From NCBI GenBank assembly GCA_032718475.1, contig JAUCBJ010000179.1, positions 1-64,000 of the forward strand: a DNA stretch of 64,000 bases, given 5' to 3'. Each line of letters begins with the position of its first letter. Positions within the stretch are counted from its first letter, which is position 1. A model generated the notes under the pieces. That model was not told the DNA's origin. It searched no databases and was given only the letters and a program-made list of their open reading frames with translations. The translations under genes and the position numbers were made by a program. This document shows positions 60,300 through 64,000 of this stretch, in pieces. Origin of the DNA: Nemertoderma westbladi (taxonomy: Eukaryota; Animalia; Xenacoelomorpha).

Positions 60300-63200
60300 A
60301 AAAATGTGGAAATTATTGTAAAAATAGAACAAATCAGTGAAAATTCAGGGATTGTGATACAGTATTTACAGGACATGTGTTATAAGCGAAAATGTGGAAA
60401 TTGTTGTAAAAATAAAACAAATCAGTGAAAATTCAGGGATTGTGATACAGTATTTACAGGACATGTGTTATAAGCGAAAATGTGGAAATTATTGTAAAAA
60501 TAGAACAAATCAGTAAAAATTCAGGGATTGTGATACAGTATTTACAGGACATGTGTTATAAGCGAAAATGTGGAAATTATTGTAAAAATAGAACAAATCA
60601 GTAAAAATTCAGGGATTGTGATACAGTATTTACAGGACATGTGTTATAAGCGAAAATGTGGAAATTATTGTAAAAATAGAACAAATCAGTGAAAATTCAG
60701 GGATTGTGATACAGTATTTACAGGACATGTGTTATAAGCGAAAATGTGGAAATTATTGTAAAAATAGAACAAATCAGTAAAAATTCAGGGATTGTGATAC
60801 AGTATTTACAGGACATGTGTTATAAGCGAAAATGTGGAAATTATTGTAAAAATAGAACAAATCAGTAAAAATTCAGGGATTGTGATACAGTATTTACAGG
60901 ACATGTGTTATAAGGGAAAATGTGGAAATTATTGTAAAAATAGAACAAATCAGTAAAAATTCAGGGATTGTGATACAGTATTTACAGGACATGTGTTATA
61001 AGCGAAAATGTGGAAATTATTGTAAAAATAGAACAAATCAGTAAAAATTCAGGGATTGTGATACAGTATTTACAGGACATGTGTTATAAGCGAAAATGTG
61101 GAAATTATTGTAAAAATAGAACAAATCAGTAAAAATTCAGGGATTGTGATACAGTATTTACAGGACATGTGTTATAAGGGAAAATGTGGAAATTATTGTA
61201 AAAATAGAACAAATCAGTGAAAATTCAGGGATTGTGATACAGTATTTACAGGACATGTGTTATAAGGGAAAATGTGGAAATTATTGTAAAAATAGAACAA
61301 ATCAGTAAAAATTCAGGGATTGTGATACAGTATTTACAGGACATGTGTTATAAGGGAAAATGTGGAAATTATTGTAAAAATAGAACAAATCAGTGAAAAT
61401 TCAGGGATTGTGATACAGTATTTACAGGACATGTGTTATAAGCGAAAATGTGGAAATTATTGTAAAAATAGAACAAATCAGTAAAAATTCAGGGATTGTG
61501 ATACAGTATTTACAGGACATGTGTTATAAGGGAAAATGTGGAAATTGTTGTAAAAATAGAACAAATCAGTGAAAATTCAGGGATTGTGATACAGTATTTA
61601 CAGGACATGTGTTATAAGGGAAAATGTGGAAATTATTGTAAAAATAGAACAAATCAGTAAAAATTCAGGCATTGTGATACAGTATTTACAGGACATGTGT
61701 TATAAGGGAACATGTGGAAATTATTGTAAAAATAGAACAAATCAGTGAAAATTCAGGGATTGTGATACAGTATTTACAGGACATGTGTTATAAGGGAAAA
61801 TGTGGAAATTATTGTAAAAATAGAACAAATCAGTGAAAATTCAGTGATTGTGATACAGTATTTACAGGACATGTGTTATAAGCGAAAATGTGGAAATTAT
61901 TGTAAAAATAGAACAAATCAGTGAAAATTCAGGGATTGTGATGCAGTATTTACAGGACATGTGTTATAAGCGAAAATGTGGAAATTATTGTAAAAATAGA
62001 ACAAATCAGTGAAAATTCAGTGATTGTGATACAGTATTTACAGGACATGTGTTATAAGCGAAAATGTGGAAATTATTGTAAAAATAGAACAAATCAGTAA
62101 AAATTCAGGGATTGTGATACACAGTACAGGACATGTGTTATAAGCGAAAATGTGGAAATTATTGTAAAAATAGAACAAATCAGTGAAAATTCAGGGATTG
62201 TGATACAGTATTTACAGGACATGTGTTATAAGCGAAAATGTGGAAATTATTGTAAAAATAGAACAAATCAGTGAAAATTCAGGGATTGTGATACAGTATT
62301 TACAGGACATGTGTTATAAGCGAAAATGTGGAAATTATTGTAAAAATAGAACAAATCAGTAAAAATTCAGGGATTGTGATACAGTACAGGACATGTGTTA
62401 TAAGCGAAAATGTGGAAATTATTGTAAAAATAGAACAAATCAGTGAAAATTCAGGGATTGTGATACAGTATTTACAGGACATGTGTTATAAGCGAAAATG
62501 TGGAAATTATTGTAAAAATAGAACAAATCAGTAAAAATTCAGGGATTGTGATACAGTACAGGACATGTGTTATAAGCGAAAATGTGGAAATTATTGTAAA
62601 AATAGAACAAATCAGTGAAAATTCAGTGATTGTGATACAGTATTTACAGGACATGTGTTATAAGGGAAAATGTGGAAATTGTTGTAAAAATAGAACAAAT
62701 CAGTGAAAATTCAGGGATTGTGATACAGTATTTACAGGACATGTGTTATAAGGGAAAATGTGGAAATTATTGTAAAAATAGAACAAATCAGTAAAAATTC
62801 AGGGATTGTGATACAGTATTTACAGGACATGTGTTATAAGGGAAAATGTGGAAATTATTGTAAAAATAGAACAAATCAGTGAAAATTCAGGGATTGTGAT
62901 ACAGTATTTACAGGACATGTGTTATAAGCGAAAATGTGGAAATTATTGTAAAAATAGAACAAATCAGTGAAAATTCAGGGATTGTGATACAGTATTTACA
63001 GGACATGTGTTATAAGGGAAAATGTGGAAATTGTTGTAAAAATAGAACAAATCAGTAAAAATTCAGGGATTGTGATACAGTATTTACAGGACATGTGTTA
63101 TAAGCGAAAATGTGGAAATTATTGTAAAAATAGAACAAATCAGTGAAAATTCAGTGATTGTGATACAGTATTTACAGGACATGTGTTATAAGGGAAAATG

Positions 63201-64000
63201 TGGAAATTATTGTAAAAATAGAACAAATCAGTGAAAATTCAGGGATTGTGATACAGTATTTACAGGACATGTGTTATAAGGGAAAATGTGGAAATTGTTG
63301 TAAAAATAGAACAAATCAGTAAAAATTCAGGGATTGTGATACAGTATTTACAGGACATGTGTTATAAGCGAAAATGTGGAAATTATTGTAAAAATAGAAC
63401 AAATCAGTGAAAATTCAGGGATTGTGATACAGTATTTACAGGACATGTGTTATAAGGGAAAATGTGGAAATTATTGTAAAAATAGAACAAATCAGTGAAA
63501 ATTCAGGGATTGTGATACAGTATTTACAGGACATGTGTTATAAGCGAAAATGTGGAAATTATTGTAAAAATAGAACAAATCAGTGAAAATTCAGTGATTG
63601 TGATACAGTATTTACAGGACATGTGTTATAAGGGAAAATGTGGAAATTATTGTAAAAATAGAACAAATCAGTAAAAATTCAGGGATTGTGATACAGTATT
63701 TACAGGACATGTGTTATAAGGGAAAATGTGGAAATTGTTGTAAAAATAGAACAAATCAGTGAAAATTCAGGGATTGTGATACAGTATTTACAGGACATGT
63801 GTTATAAGGGAAAATGTGGAAATTGTTGTAAAAATAGAACAAATCAGTGAAAATTCAGGGATTGTGATACAGTATTTACAGGACATGTGTTATAAGGGAA
63901 AATGTGGAAATTATTGTAAAAATAGAACAAATCAGTAAAAATTCAGGGATTGTGATACAGTATTTACAGGACATGTGTTATAAGGGAAAATGTGGAAATT
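60300..64000. repeat. 88-bp satellite (at least 42 units, runs off the window) in an SLC5 intron
   Basis: TGTGG recurs at 60305, 60393, 60481...; highly homogeneous units. Confidence 0.97.

Noticed and set aside
62300-62706. Short ORFs in the 88-bp satellite
   Set aside because: Produced by small indel variants of the repeat unit

Overview
Repeat-rich, AT-rich animal genomic DNA, probably from a marine invertebrate (the taxon cannot be fixed from this window). There are three host genes, all on the minus strand: a 4-exon secreted two-domain F-type lectin (21491-23540), a 2-exon MRPL44 (26900-29133), and the last three exons of an SLC5A8-like transporter (58482-59992). Most of the rest is mobile DNA. 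It includes two young BEL/Pao LTR retrotransposons (1-10590, +; 32362-43447, -), two related solo LTRs, RTE-like and CR1/L2-like LINE fragments and an ISL2EU-type element with a YqaJ remnant. There is also an unclassified TG-targeting repeat family with arrays of CTCF-like motifs, a foldback-like element, and 95-bp and 88-bp satellites. The main finding is that neither BEL/Pao element has a tRNA-type (TGG) primer-binding site. In both, the 11-12 nt at the PBS position are the perfect reverse complement of an LTR segment starting about 30 bp after a TATA-like box, i.e. the predicted 5' end of the transcript. This is the architecture of Tf1-type self-priming, which I know only from Ty3/gypsy chromoviruses. 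The mechanism is inferred, not demonstrated.
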